From the NCBI GenBank assembly GCA_013239625.1, contig MU055744.1, positions 1,270,355 to 1,334,354 on the forward strand: a DNA stretch of 64,000 bases, written 5' to 3'. How positions within the stretch are numbered: the stretch's first letter is position 1; each line of letters opens with the position of its first letter. Below the pieces are notes generated by a model that was not told the DNA's origin, did not search any database, and saw nothing but the letters and a program-made list of their open reading frames with translations. Below, one piece after another: positions 23,030 to 35,229 of the stretch. The position numbers were made by a program, and so were the translations under genes. This DNA comes from Lama guanicoe (taxonomy: Eukaryota).

Positions 23030-23435
23030 AAAAAAAATAACAGCTTTATTGAGATATAATTCACATACCACTGAGTTCACCCTTTTGAAGTGTACACTCG
23101 GCGCTTTTTAGTATGTATACTCACAGTGTTGTCTAATTCCAGAACGTTTCATCGCCCCAAAAAACCCCCCATAGCTCTTAGCAGCCACCCCCGTCTCCGC
23201 GCCCCCCCCTGCCCAGCCTCCCCCAGCCCCAGGCAGCCCTGCACCCGCTTTCCGGCTCCTGGGTTTAGCCATTCTGGACGTTTCGTGTGGAGTGACTCAT
23301 GCAGCACGTGGCTCTGGGTCTGGCTTCGTCACTGAGCGTGATATTTTGAAGGTTCTGGTCTCAGAACTTCATTCCTTTTGGTGGCTGAGTAACGTTCCAT
23401 TTATCCGTGTATCTGTTGATGGATGTTCGAGTTCA
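23030..23435 (-). mobile_element. L1 (L1MB7/8-like) 3' end
   Basis: 'aacagctttattgagatataattcacatacca...tctaattccagaacgtttcatcgcccc...ggctgagtaacgttccat'. Confidence 0.9.
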
Positions 23436-25794
23436 TCATTTTAATTCTTAGTAATTTCTGTCCAAGAGATTATACATGCGCACAGGGCACAAAGGCCATC
23501 CAGTCAGGCCGTCGGGCTTGCAGTGGAGAGCGGCGGTCCCCTCCCCCCCAGGCCCCGCCAGGGCTGCACTTTCTTTTTTGACTGTCTGTCAGTCTCCTTG
23601 GTCACCTCTCTGGCTCTCCACGATGCGCTCACCGCCCTGGCGCTTGCCTTACTGGCTGTAAACATCTCCTCACTCCTGGCTGGGGGGTCGCCTCCCCTCC
23701 CTCCCTGCCCCTGACTTTTAGATTAGCATCTTCCACCCCCCCCCCGTCATCCTCACCCCGTGTGTTCTCCCTTTCCTGCCCCCTCCTCTCGTCTCCAGAG
23801 CATCGGCCTCCTGCCCTTCCTTCCCCAGCCCCCTCTTCCTGCCTCCCCCGTCTGACGGCACTGCTTTGTGTTCTGACCAGTGTCGTCCTCTGCCTTTGGG
23901 GGGATGCGGTGCTGGGGCTGAGCGCGTGGGGCTGTGCGGACACTGCAGGCCCAGGCGGGCGACAGGTGCGCACGCCTGAGTCACGAGCTTTCTTTCCCTG
24001 GGCGCCGGGGTCCGGGTGCCAGGGCCGGAGGCCGCCTCGGTGCGCTGTGTTCCGGGGAGAGGCCCATGGGCTCCCTTAGAGTCTCGGGGGTTCCGAGGGC
24101 CCCCTGGGGCTGTGTCTGCCTGGACTGAGTGGGAAGGGCTGGCCCCCTCCTCTTCCGGCCAGGGCTGCCACCCTTCCCCCGCCCCCGCGGCTGTGGTCGC
24201 CTCAGGCCCAGGGATCCTCCCTGGACTAAGGGTTAGTTTCCTTCCTTCCTCCTTAGAGGAGCTCAGGAGCGGTTTTTCAGTGGCTGAAGCTGAGCTCGGC
24301 CCTGGGTTTCCCAGCCCGGTGGCCCCTGAGCCCCAGCCCATCCCTGTGTGGCCCCTCCCCGGCCCCTCCTCTCGCTGCAGCCTGGGCCCCGTCCTCTGAC
24401 TCAGGCCCGGTCCCCAGACGACATCCACTCAGGGTGACCGCTGGGCTGCCCTTTGTCCAGGCTCCGTCTCAGGCAGTGGGAATCATCGGGGACCCTTGCA
24501 GGCTGGCTTCTGGGGACCCCGGGGCGGATCCCCCGAGAGACCCTGGGCAGGTGACTTCATCCTGTCCCTGCTTGAGTGTGTTTGTAGATTGTGGGGCGAG
24601 CCTTCTCTAAAGGGTGTTTGCTTTCCCTGCCCCTCGCCTCCTGCCTGCGTTTCCAAAATAAACAGAGGCCTGTTTTGTTCAGAGGACGCTCCCCAGCTCA
24701 CAAACCACTCGCCCCCGCATGAGCCAGGATGGCCTCGAATCCAACCTGCACAGCCCTGTACACTCACCCTGGGGCCCGGCCTGTCCCCGAGGCTCCCTGG
24801 GGCCCCCAGCTGCACCGTCACCGAGGGTCTCGTGGTCTCCCTCCTCCCCCCGCCCCCCGCATACCCCTCTCCACGCTCTGCCTGCTGCGGGGCTGAGGAC
24901 ACGTGGCGGGGGGCAGGAGCCCCACGTCCAGGGCGCAGGGTGGTGGGGGGGCGGCTCACGTGCCTCCTTCTGCCTCTTTCTTGGCTGCTGCCTCGTCTCC
25001 TGGTCCCTGAGAGGACTGGTCCTCGTGTGAGGTATCAGCCCTGTGTCTGGAATGTTCTCCACTAACAGGGCGGAAAAGCTGCCTGCCTTTGGTTCCCCGG
25101 GCCCACTGCGCCGAGCCCATGGGCACCCTGAGCCCGGGAAGCCTAGGGGAGCGGGTCAGGCGAGCCCCACTCCAGACCCCAGGAGGGCGGCTGGCGGGCT
25201 CAGGTGCCCCCCAGGAAGAATCAGCCCGGTCCTGCCGGGTCCCCTCACCCCGCCGGGGCCGGGGGTCGCCGGGAGCCCCTGTGCGTGTTCTCCATGTGCC
25301 GTCTGTCCTGCTGTTGGAGGCTCAGGCTGCGTGGTGCCGACGGGCGAGGTTCTGGGGAAAGCGTGCGCGAGAGTTGGGCGGGGCGTCGGCTTCGGTGGGT
25401 GAATGTCGGGGGGCCGCACGGGGGGGCCGGCAGTGGTGCAGCGGCCCCCGGATGACCCCAGGACCAGCCTGGGCCCCAGCCTGATGTGCGGGGGTGGAGG
25501 GCGTCTCCAGAGCTCTGCTCGTCTCCTTTCTCTGCTGAGAGCCAGCCGCGTCCGCACGGGAGAGCTGCCCCTCCACCCACACGAGAGCCCCGAGGCTCTG
25601 GGGCAGCGGTGGCTTAATGCCTCAGTGCGGGCTGGTGCTGGGGGTGGGCTTGGACCTGGGGGTCCCGATTTCCAGGCCAGGGCGTGGGGTCAGATGTTCT
25701 CCGTTTCTGCCCCTCTCAGCCTCACCCTGGACAGAGCTGGAGCAGCCCGGGCTGGGGCGGGCACTTGATTTAGGACGCACTGCGCCGCAGGCTG

Positions 25795-25905
25795 GCCAGT
25801 GCCCAGTGGCCTGTGTCGTGTGCCCCGTGTTCTTCTGTCCCGTGTCCTGTGCCCTGTCCCCTCTGCTCTGTGCCCTGTGTCCTGTGGCCCATGGCCCGTG
25901 TCCTG
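25795..25905. repeat. Degenerate 7-mer tandem repeat (CCTGTGY)n
   Basis: 'cccgtgtcctgtgccctgtccc...ctgtgccctgtgtcctgtggcccatggcccgtgtcctg'. Confidence 0.6.
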
Positions 25906-26459
25906 GCTCAGCACAGTGAGCAGGGCCGAGCTGACCCCTCTCCTGGGCAGGTGGGCTGGGAGCTGGTCGGAGGTGCTGGCTAGAGCCCGATGCTGGGGTC
26001 GGGGAGGCTGGCTGCTGGTCCTCCTGGCCGTGGGTGGACAGCAGAGACCAGTCCAGAGCAGAGGGCGGGAGAGAGTGGGAGTGAGGGAGATGAGGAGCCG
26101 CTGCCTGGGGAAGCGGAGGTTGGAGACCGTGTCCCCCGAGGTGGCCCTGCCAGCCTCCCTGTGCCCCGGCTGCGCCTGCCGTGGGTCCCCGCGTTTCCTC
26201 TGTTCCTTGTGGGCCCTTATTTATCGCCACCACCTTGGGCATGATTCTGGTTCTCGCCCTCAAGAGCCTTGATGAGAGGAGTCTCTTTGTTTTCACTTTC
26301 TTTTTTTTGCAACTCTGCCTCCTTATTGCATTTGAACTTCCCCTCTTCAGACCGGAAAATGCCCAAATGGATGTTAGGAGATCTGAATATTTTTGTATGT
26401 TAGTTGTAGAAGATGGCTGGTCCTTGCTGGCTGGGGAAGACCAATGGCTGGTGGTGAGA

Positions 26460-26885
26460 CGGGTGTGGCTGCTCAAACAGGAGAGCTTGTGAAAGCAGCT
26501 AAACACAGTCTTTCTCTCTCTAGTGCAGAAGTCTGGGCAGCACCGCGGTCTCCGCAGCTCTGGCTCGCACATCCCTCGCTCTGCCATCCCTGTTCCCAGC
26601 ATGTGGCCTCCTCGTGGTACAGGATGGCTGCTCGGCTTCTGCCATTACATCCATGCTCCATTCCGTGCATCAGGGAAGAAAAAGGGGGAGGCAGCACTTT
26701 TCTATTAAGAGCAGGGATCTTCTTCCCAGCTTTTTATTTTTTACCCAGTGTTCTCGCTGCAAGAGGGGATGGGAAGTGGGATCTGTAGCCAGGCAGCCCT
26801 GTGTTCATTGGGAACTCATTTCTTGCGAAGGAGGGAGAGAGATCTGGGGGGTGGGGCGGCTAGGAGACTTTGCCACATGTGGGGA
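26460..26885 (-). mobile_element. Old MaLR LTR (MLT1J/K/L-like)
   Basis: 'ctctgccatcc', 'caggatggctgctc...gccattacatccatgctcca', 'gctgcaagaggggatgggaagtgggatctgtagcc'. Confidence 0.55.
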
Positions 26886-26959
26886 CAGCTAAGGTCCCAT
26901 TCCCTCCTCTTGGATTTTTTCCCTTCTGCTGTTCTTGAAGAGAAGCAATCAGATCACGG

Positions 26960-27150
26960 GCCAGGAACCACAGTGTGTGTGCACTGCTGGGCCCACTGCA
27001 GACATTACTCCTTGAGTCCCGGCGGCTGGTGGGAGGTGGGTGCCATCAGCCCTTTATCACAGGTGCGGAGGCCCAGGCGCAGACTGCTCTGTGTGACCGC
27101 GCGAGGCTGGGTTCGAGGCCATGCCTGCCTGACTCCCCAGCTGGAACTGT
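26960..27150 (-). mobile_element. MIR SINE fragment
   Basis: 'gaggtgggtgccatcagccctttatcacaggtgcggaggcccaggc...ctgggttcgaggccatgcctgcctgactcc'. Confidence 0.5.
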
Positions 27151-27599
27151 CACCTGGGCTCTATCTTTGGCTCACGCCCCAGTTTCTGCCCCTAAGACCT
27201 CTCCCAGGTGCAGAGCCCCACGCCCCGTGGGTGTGCAGGGCTGCCACGCCTCCCTCGTGGGCCCAGGCCCCCCACAGTGCCCGCCGATCGCCCTCCACAG
27301 GGACATACGCCCGGGTGCTGTCAGTTACCTTTGCTCGTCCCATGCCGGGTCCGCATCCCCTTCCCCTGCGAGGATGGTAGCTGGTGGGTCGTCCCAGTAG
27401 TGGCCCCTCTGAGTCCTGTGTCATTCACGGGAAGTACTCATCTTGCAGATCCGACGCCTCCTCGGCAGACGCTGCGGGGTCCCCGGCCTTGTATCCATGT
27501 CGACCTGTGGAGCGTCAGCAGGGCGCCGTCACATTCGGGAAGCCCGACCAGGTCTCAGCAGGGCCAGGGGAGACACAAGAGAACACACTTTTCTGAGTG

Positions 27600-27760
27600 A
27601 ATGAGCTTGTGAGCAGAGAGCTGGGCACCATGTCTCCGAGCCCCTTCGGTCCTCAGCACTCCGTCTGGGGCGGGGGCCGTGCTGATTCTAATTTCCTGGA
27701 TGAGGAACCTGGGCCACGAGATGGGAGGTGACTTGTCCAGGGTCACGTGACATTTGTTCC
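27600..27760 (-). mobile_element. MIR SINE fragment
   Basis: 'atttcctggatgaggaacctggg...gtgacttgtccagggtcac'. Confidence 0.55.
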
Positions 27761-28089
27761 AGCCTCTTGTCCATGGTTTCACGGGCATGACCCTGGGCAG
27801 CGCCCGGCCTCTCTGGGCCTCAACTTCCCAAGTTGAAGCAAAGGAATAGATGATGGCTGAGGCGTCCGCGTCCCTCTGTCCCCTGACCCATCTTACCTGG
27901 AGAAGGTCAGCAGTGGGACTTCTCCTGGAGGTCGAGTCCCTGCGTGCCCCCCCGCCGCCGACGCCCAAGGGGCTCTCAGGCCTGAGCCTTGCATGGTGCC
28001 CGGCAGGGATGTCCTTGACGGACACTCCGTGTAAGCGGCGATGACGTGTCGTCCTCCTGAGTGACTGGCCGTCTCACGGGGCCCCCGCC

Positions 28090-28260
28090 TTCTAATTGGG
28101 AGATGTGTCACTTTTGCTTCTGCAGAGCGGGAAGAATTAAATAGTGCATGCAGACAATTAATCTTGCTAATGGCAGCCTCTCTGGGTCTGGATTCAAGGT
28201 GTTAAGTACGCGGAAGCCCGCTGATGGGTGACGCCCTTGGAACAAGTCATTTAGCTCAGG
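28090..28260. promoter_or_regulatory. Homeobox/T-box motif island, candidate conserved enhancer
   Basis: CTAATTGG, AATTAAAT, CAATTAATC, GCTAATGG and T-box AGGTGTTAA (28197-28205), next to a CpG-rich patch at 28300-28490. Confidence 0.45.
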
Positions 28261-28492
28261 CCTGTGACGCTGGCTGGGGTGAGACCCGGGATTGCTGGCT
28301 TTGGCCCTCCGGAGGACGTGCGCCTCGTGCGGCCGCGGCGAGGCCGGGCCCCGGGTGTGAACGCCGCCGGGGAGCGCGTGCGGGTTCCTGTGGGAAGTGC
28401 CTGGGGGACCGCCCGGCCCGGGTGGGGGGGCTGGCGCTAAAGAGCCCACGACGTCCAGAAGGTGCTGCCGCTGCGTCCTCGCTCCCAGCGGC

Positions 28493-28582
28493 TTTTTTGT
28501 TTTGTTTTGTTTTACTTGTGGTGAGATCCACACAGAATTTGCCTTCCAGCCGTTTTGAGGTGTAAGTTCCGTGGCACTGGCG
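28493..28582 (-). mobile_element. L1 3' tail fragment
   Basis: (TTTTG)n tail then 'ttgtggtgagatccacacagaatttgcc...ttttgaggtgtaagttccgtggcact'. Confidence 0.55.
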
Positions 28583-28885
28583 TGTGCAGGAAAACCAGAC
28601 CTGGGCGGTCGTTATGGAGCTGAAAGCAGACTGTGGTCGGGGCTGCTGCAGTGGGGGACAGTGACGCTGGTGTCGCGCTGGGCTCGACGCTGGACGCGGC
28701 CTGGGCGTGAGGGAGGGCCGTGAGCCGGGCGAGCAGGCAAGCTGCTATGAGGAGGCAGGGGGCAGGGGTTCTGGCCAGGCTGACCGAGGGCCCTTGCCCA
28801 GGACTGTCCGGGGCACCCAGACAGACATCCCCTGGGCGGGCGTGGGAATGGGGAGCCGGATCAGACCTCAGGGTGTCTCCCTGGC
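28583..28885 (-). mobile_element. MER31-like ERV1 LTR, strongly GC-shifted
   Basis: 'tgcaggaaaaccagacctggg...gaaagcagac...ctgggctcgac...gttctggccaggctgacc...cagacatcccctggg...gatcagacctcagggtg' follows the recalled MER31 consensus order. Confidence 0.65.
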
Positions 28886-30619
28886 GGGTTCATCCCTTCA
28901 CGAGTGGGACCCTGATTCACGGAGGGCTGAGCAGCCGGGGCCCGAGCCCAGGTCCGACCTGCCCCCCTCACCCCGCACCTTCCTCGTTGGAACCGGGCGT
29001 GGCGGGTGTGGGGTGTGCCCACCGCGGCTGGGTTTTCCCTGCAGCTCACCTGAGTGGGGCCCCTAGAAAAGGCTGCTTTCGCTCCAAGTGTGTTGTTCAT
29101 TGTTCTGCTTCAGAGGGACTCTCTCTCTCTCCATCGGGGGCAGGTGGCTCATCCAGCACTTGCCTTCCCCTCCCACCTGCGTCCGGGGCCGTGCTGGGCA
29201 GGGAGCCGGGCGTCCCTGCGTGGCTGGGATGCTCTGTCGCCTCCACAGCCAGCAGGACCTCGGGCAGTCACCTCCCCTCCAGGCCTCCATCCCTCATCTT
29301 TCAACAGGATGGGGGCTCACCCAGGGGTTATGGGGACACTGCGAGAAACTGAGACGGGCTGGTGGCCGGCTGTGATGAGCACTGTCGTCCCTGTGGCTGT
29401 GGCCGGCTCCCCCGAGCCCCACACTCCTTCCTGCTGTCCGTGGGTGCCGGGGCATCCAGGAGGGTGCCGGAGTCCTCGCAGCACCTCCTGGGATGAGCGT
29501 GGGGCCCGTGTGTGTCCTGAGGCTGGTAGGGGGTCTGCTGGGGCAGGGGGCTGCTGGCCGGTAATTACTTTTTCCAGAGAGGTGGGTTCATAGGACCCAG
29601 AGAGTTCCCTGGGCCCAGCTGTCCACATCTCTGAAAGCCTGGCTTCCTCTTGGGCCCCCCCCTCCCTGGGAGCAGCGGGTGGGTGGCTCGGAGCAGCTGA
29701 GGTCTGCTTTGTTCCCCATTCGGGGGCCTGTGTGGCCTCGGTGGCCCCACCCCCACCCCATCCCTGGGCCGTGTTATTTATGCTTCCAGGCAATTAGTTT
29801 TTGCAGGGAATCTCTGAGGACTCCATCAGGGTGGAGAGGTCACTTCCCACTGAGCGGGCCCAGCAGATGGCCCCCCACCCGCCCTGCCCCACCATGAAGG
29901 AGGGCATGGCTTGTGACAGTGCACTGCTGTCCTGGGCCGTGCCAGGCTGCTGCCCGCTGGCTCTCTGGGCCCCACCCGGGGCTACTACCCCCACCAGGAA
30001 GCACCCTACTGCTGCAGAGGGGGCAGACCGGTCTCTTGAGGCCTCAGTCCTGCCTTTGTCCTGCCAAGAGCGGTCCTGTCTGTGATCTGGGAGGAAAGTC
30101 CTGCCCTCTGGGCCGTGCCTCCCTCGGGGTCCGAGGGCCTGGCTTGGGAAGGGGAGCCCTCTGCACGGAGCAGCGGGAGAGTAGGGTGCAGATCGCAGGT
30201 GCGGCCTCTGCAGGCCAGAGTCTCAGGCCCCTCGGCCTTGCTACACAGCGACCTGGGGCTGTGGCCGGGCCTTCTCTGGCTTAGTTTGCTGTCTGTCTTG
30301 TGGGGGGGTCATCGCCATGCCTGCTGAGGGGGTGGGTGGCTCAGAGGCTCAAGGAGTCCTCTACAGTGTGCGAGGCCCAGCCTGGTATGTGGAGGCCCGC
30401 AGGCAGGTGGGTGCTGGGTGCCAAATGCCGCGCCCCCCCAAGCACTCGTGGGTTCTGCCAGGTCCTGCCTTTGGTTGGGGTTTTCGCTGCATCATTCATA
30501 AGGGCCTCTTAGCTTCACCTGGGGGGACTGGGAATTCACGACAGCTCCCTGCTGACGGGGCAGACCCTTAAACATACTTCCTCCTGCAGGCAGTGGGCCC
30601 CCTCCATGTCCAGTGTGCT

Positions 30620-30740
30620 CCTTCAGTTTCCACAGTGACCAGGGAAACAGGCACTGATTATGCCCATGGGCCTTCTTTCAGTAGACCGGGAAACTGAGGC
30701 AGGATGTGATCAGCTGCCTGAGTCACGGCCAGGGGGCAGC
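30620..30740 (-). mobile_element. MIR SINE fragment
   Basis: 'attatgcccat...gggaaactgaggc...ctgcctgagtcacggccag'. Confidence 0.5.
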
Positions 30741-32821
30741 GGGGGCGGTGGGGGCGGGCAGGCTGGCTCCTCCCCTTCACAGGGAATCCTTTGATGGGAC
30801 CATCAGAGACAGGAGGGGGGGTGGCCTCTGGAGGTGCGTGTTCTCTGGGTGCCGATGGCTCCTAGGGTGGGAGGGCTCGTGGATGCCCACTTGCTCCTGA
30901 GGCTTCAGGATTAGACCTCGTACCAGGCCCGACCCCTCGAGGCCTTTGCTCCTGGGGGGCGGTGTTCCAGGGCTGTGCCCGGGGGAGCCCTCCCATCAGA
31001 GACCACTATGCGGCTGGTTGCCCAGGAGAGAGCCACAGAACGGGGTGCCCTCTGGACTCAGGCTGGTGGTGGGGGGGTGCACTTGTGCGTGCCCACGTGG
31101 TGAACGCTCCGTCCTGCTGCTGCTGGTGGCACCACGACGCTCCTGTAGGTCTGGTGACTAACTGTAGAGGGTCCTGCGCGAGGTCCGACGTGGAGATGAG
31201 ACTGCGTGTCCGGTGGGAATTACACTCATCAGCACCAACGCGAGGGCTCCTAGTGTGCAAAGCCTTTTGCTAGAGTCTCCTTTGGTGCCCGGACCTGGGC
31301 GGGTGCTGGGCGGGCACTGTGCCCCGTGCAGAGCGGGGGCTGGTTCCAGTCCCTCACTTGGGCCCCAGTGCTGGCCCCCAGCACCCCCGCCCCGCAGCCT
31401 GCATGCAGTGCCCACGCCTTCATCCTCCCCCCGATGCTGGCGAGGAGCAGTTGGTTGTGTTGATCTAAGCCCTGGGTTGAATCCCCCTGCCCGGTTCCCA
31501 TGGGGCTCACCCCACAGGCTGTGTCATGGGCTGGGCTGTGGAGTGACGCGTGGGGCGTGGGTCTTGCTGTAGGGACCTGGGGGTGAGAGCCTGGGCTTGT
31601 CCGGGGTCAGGGGGTGTCCCGTGATGGCTGCACGCACAGCCAGGCCTGCAGACAGGGTCGGATGTTGAACCAAGTGTCTCTCGATGTAAAAGTTGACCTG
31701 GGGGCCTGGGGACAGTCTTCCAGCTCTCAGCCTGGACTGTGGGGGTCCTGCTTGGAGGTGTAGTTGGCTGTGCCGAGAGGCCCCCCTCCGGCCCCCGAAT
31801 CCCCATGAGGTCACACCAGGGCTCCCTGGGACGGGGCCACTCCACATTCCTGGCACAGCAGACAGACCGAGAAGTCTTGGAGCAGAGATGTGCCGGGGAC
31901 CATGAGAGCTGATCCGGACAAAACACACTAAAACGGCCCCTGGGGTTTGGCACAGAATCACTGGGTCTCACCTGCTGGCTCTTTGTGGAGGATGGGTGCG
32001 CCCCCATCCTGCCCTCCCCTTGGCCTTCACTGGTTTCTCTCTCTCTTCTTTGGGCCGCTCTGTGCCCCACCGCCCATGCTGCTCAGCCTCCTGTGTGCGC
32101 TCTTCTGATATTTGAAACAGAAGGTTCGTCTCATCGTCCAGCAGAGTCATGGCAATGGTGGGTCCCCAAGGTAGTGGAGAGCGGTGCCTGAGCTTTGAGT
32201 ACCTGAGCTGCGTTGTCACGGCCTGGCGCCCACGGTGGGGGCTGAACCAGTGGCTGCGCTCCCTCTGGCCCAGAGGGGAGCGGGGGCGCTTCCGGGCAGC
32301 CCCACTGGGCCACGTGAGCCGGGGGCAGCGTGGAGCGCGGGCTTGTCTCCACCTCGGGGCTTCTGCACTTCACGGGGCGATGGGCTTGAGGAGGCCCTTC
32401 ACTTCAGAGCTGTCGGATGGCTGCGGGGGGACAGGGAATGTCGCCTGTCACTTGGGGCCACGCCTTGGGAGCAGGGCTGCCCCGAGGTCACGCCTCACCT
32501 GCCCCCATGGGACGCACGAGCTGGGCTGGGCGCTGGTGTGCAGTGTGAGTAGTAACCATCCGCTCCCCGAGGTGCGTGATTGAAGCCCTCGTGAGTGCAC
32601 AGTGGGCTCAAGGGAAGCGTCGGCGAGTTGGAGTCCTCAGATCAAGCCCCATTTAGGAATTAAGGAGAAACCCAGGTCCCTGCTCACCCCTGTGACAGGG
32701 ACACCTGAGCACACACACCTTGAAATTGCTGGAGAAGCCAGGGCGGGTGGCGCAGGTCTGCATGTGGGCCGAGCAGATGGCCCCATGCGCTTCCCACCAC
32801 CCCTCTCCCAGTTGAATGTGG

Positions 32822-32877
32822 TCAGAGGTTTGGAAGAATCACAGGATGCTCAGAGGTTTGGAAGAATCACAGGATGC
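32822..32877. repeat. Perfect 28-bp tandem duplication
   Basis: tcagaggtttggaagaatcacaggatgc twice (32822-32849 and 32850-32877). Confidence 0.95.
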
Positions 32878-33311
32878 TCTGGAGCCAGCGAAGCCACCGC
32901 TTCAGAAAAGATTCGCAGGTTTTGTTGAATATGGATTGTGCCTTCCCAGCCCTGGAGAGGCCTCCCGGGGCCAAGTCGTCCACACTCTGCCTGTCCGCCC
33001 GCGTGCCGCAGGTGGAGTGAACGGGCCCTCCTGGGAGGACTTACAGGCCGGGGTGAGCTGGGGACAGCCCTGCACCCCCGCTGTGTGGGCCCCCTCACGC
33101 TCATGGTGGCTGGGCTGGAAGCGGGGACAGGGGGCTGATGCAGACCCAGGACAGGGCCCAGGTGTCCCTGGGGGTCCCACCTGCTCCCCTCTGGGAGTTC
33201 CCTTCGTGTGCATTCTGTTCTCACTGAGCCTCACCCGGAGGCTTCCAGCTGTGTGGTTCTGAATGACTAAAGCTGATTAAATGTCTCTGGGCTCTAGGTG
33301 TAAAGCTGAAA

Positions 33312-33480
33312 GGTTTGTTTTTTCATGTAAATTTTCATCGAAGTGTCCCGCATGTAACAAAACAAGCATCTGTCGGAAGTGGGCAGCTTGATGAGTTTTC
33401 ACAAAGTCAACCCAGCCCGGTAACCCGGGTGGAGAGACAGCACGTGGCCAGCGTCTGCTGGGCGCCCTGGGAGTTCCTGC
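33312..33480 (-). mobile_element. L1 (L1ME-like) 3' end
   Basis: 'aattttcatcgaagtg...cagcttgatgagttttcacaaagt...cacgtggccagc'. Confidence 0.65.
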
Positions 33481-33754
33481 CACGCTCCACAGTGGGAGTT
33501 GCCGCCCCGATCAGGCCGCACAGTGGACAGGGCCCAGCCAGGCGGCGGCTCCAGCAAGGCCCAGGGAGCAGAAGGAAGTGCTTCTGGATGAGTGACCTTT
33601 GAGGGCACTTGGGAGGAGGCTGAGGTCAGGCAGGAGGCAGGTGAGAGCGTTCCCGGCGGAGGGACAGTGGAGCGTGGGGGGCGGCAGGAGGAGGCGGCAC
33701 ATCATCGATGCGTGTGACCTTGTCCAGGTGGCTTGTCAAGTGTGTGCATGCCCC

Positions 33755-33780
33755 TGTGTGTGTGTGTGTGTGTGTGTGTG
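33755..33780. repeat. (TG)13 microsatellite
   Basis: Perfect TG run. Confidence 0.95.
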
Positions 33781-34823
33781 GTGTTATCTTATCTTAGTGT
33801 TAGTGCCCTGAATGCTTGCCGTTCATTTTGAAGTCCCTCTGCTCCATCAGGAGAGCTGCTGGAGTCTGTGTAGGCGAAGCTGTCGGTCGTCGGGGAGGGT
33901 TTTGCGGTACACTTGACCTCCGGAGCGGCCCTGGATCTGGGAAGCCTTCTGGTCTGATTGCCTGTGCAGAGCCAGAGCCAGCTTCTTGCACGCCTCCCGT
34001 GACGGGGCGGTCACCTCCCCAAGCTGCAGCCCGCCTCTCGAAGGCGGCCCATCCGCCCTGTGGGGACAGCATGGGATCAGCAGAGTGGTTGTCCTCGTCT
34101 TCACATTGTTTCAGTATGTTCCTATTCATCTTCACGTGCTTGAGCTTCCCCGGCAGGTCACCGCCGGCCCTGCTGTGAGCCCCTGCTTCCCGCTGCGCTG
34201 TCCCCACGTTGGCACCACCCCTCACCTCTTCCCCGGGGCAGCCACAGGCCATCTCGCCAGCCCTGGTCTGGACTTTGTGCAGGGTGTCGCTGTCACCTGC
34301 CGGGACTCTCAGAATCATTAGGGGAGCCACGATGCAGGGTCCACCTGCTCGAGGAGCTGTGCGCGGGGCATCCGGGCTTTTGCAGCCTCGGGTCATCCCT
34401 CCCTGTGACTCAGAGGCATGCATCAGAGAGGGGGAGGGGCGGGGCCCAGGGATGGAGCTGCAGGAGATTGTTGCTGGGGGTCGTTGTAGGGTCAGGCCCA
34501 GCACAGGTGGATGTGCAGCCCCCTCTGGAACCCCGGGTGCCAGGCAGGGGCCTCTGGGAAAAACTGAGTCTGTGCTCCGGGCCGTCGTGATGCGCCAGCC
34601 CTGTCTCATTCCTGGATGAAGCCATCGTTGTCCTCTTGGGCTGTTGGGCTCTTGCCTCCTCAGGGAGCCCTGCCTCGGTGGCTGGCTGCCCTCTGCTGCG
34701 GGGGCCCCCGGCCCTGGAGCGTCGCCTTGGGTCAGGCGCTGTAATTCCCGAGCATTCAGGGGTCGGTCTGCTCTGAAGGGCTGAGCGCCCTCAACCCTGG
34801 ACAGGTGTCTGTGACCTCCAGCC

Positions 34824-35229
34824 TGCGTCAGTGTCCTGTGGCTGCTGTGACAAGGACCACACACCAGGTGCTTACAACAGCAAGTCCATCCCTGCTGGTT
34901 CTGAGGCCAGAAGCCTGGATTCAAGGTGTAGGTGGGGCCATGCTCCCTCCGGGGCTCTGCGGGGGCGGGGGGCAGGTCCTTCCAGCCTCTTCTAGCTTCT
35001 GGTGATGCCAGGTGTTGCTGGCTTGTGGCCACATTGCTCCCGGCTCTGCTTCCATGGCCACGTGGCTCCTCCTCTCCAGGTGTCTCTGGTTCTCTTCTTA
35101 CAAGGACAGCAGCCACCTTGGATGAAGGGCCCACCATACACACCTGCAGTGGCCCCTTTTTCTGCATAGGTCACATTCTGAGGCCTTGGGAAGGATGTGA
35201 ATTTTGGGGGGACCCTTAAACCCAGTACA
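34824..35229 (-). mobile_element. MaLR solo LTR (MLT1B/C-like)
   Basis: 'gtggctgctgtgacaa...gttctgaggccagaag...cagcctcttctagcttctggtg...ggtcacattctgagg...aacccagtaca'. Confidence 0.85.

Noticed and set aside
32822-32877. CRISPR-like 28-bp direct repeats
   Set aside because: Only two head-to-tail copies with no spacer.
33800-35167. Longest ORF (455 aa, minus strand)
   Set aside because: Its first part lies inside an MLT1 LTR and the rest is GC-driven low-information sequence.
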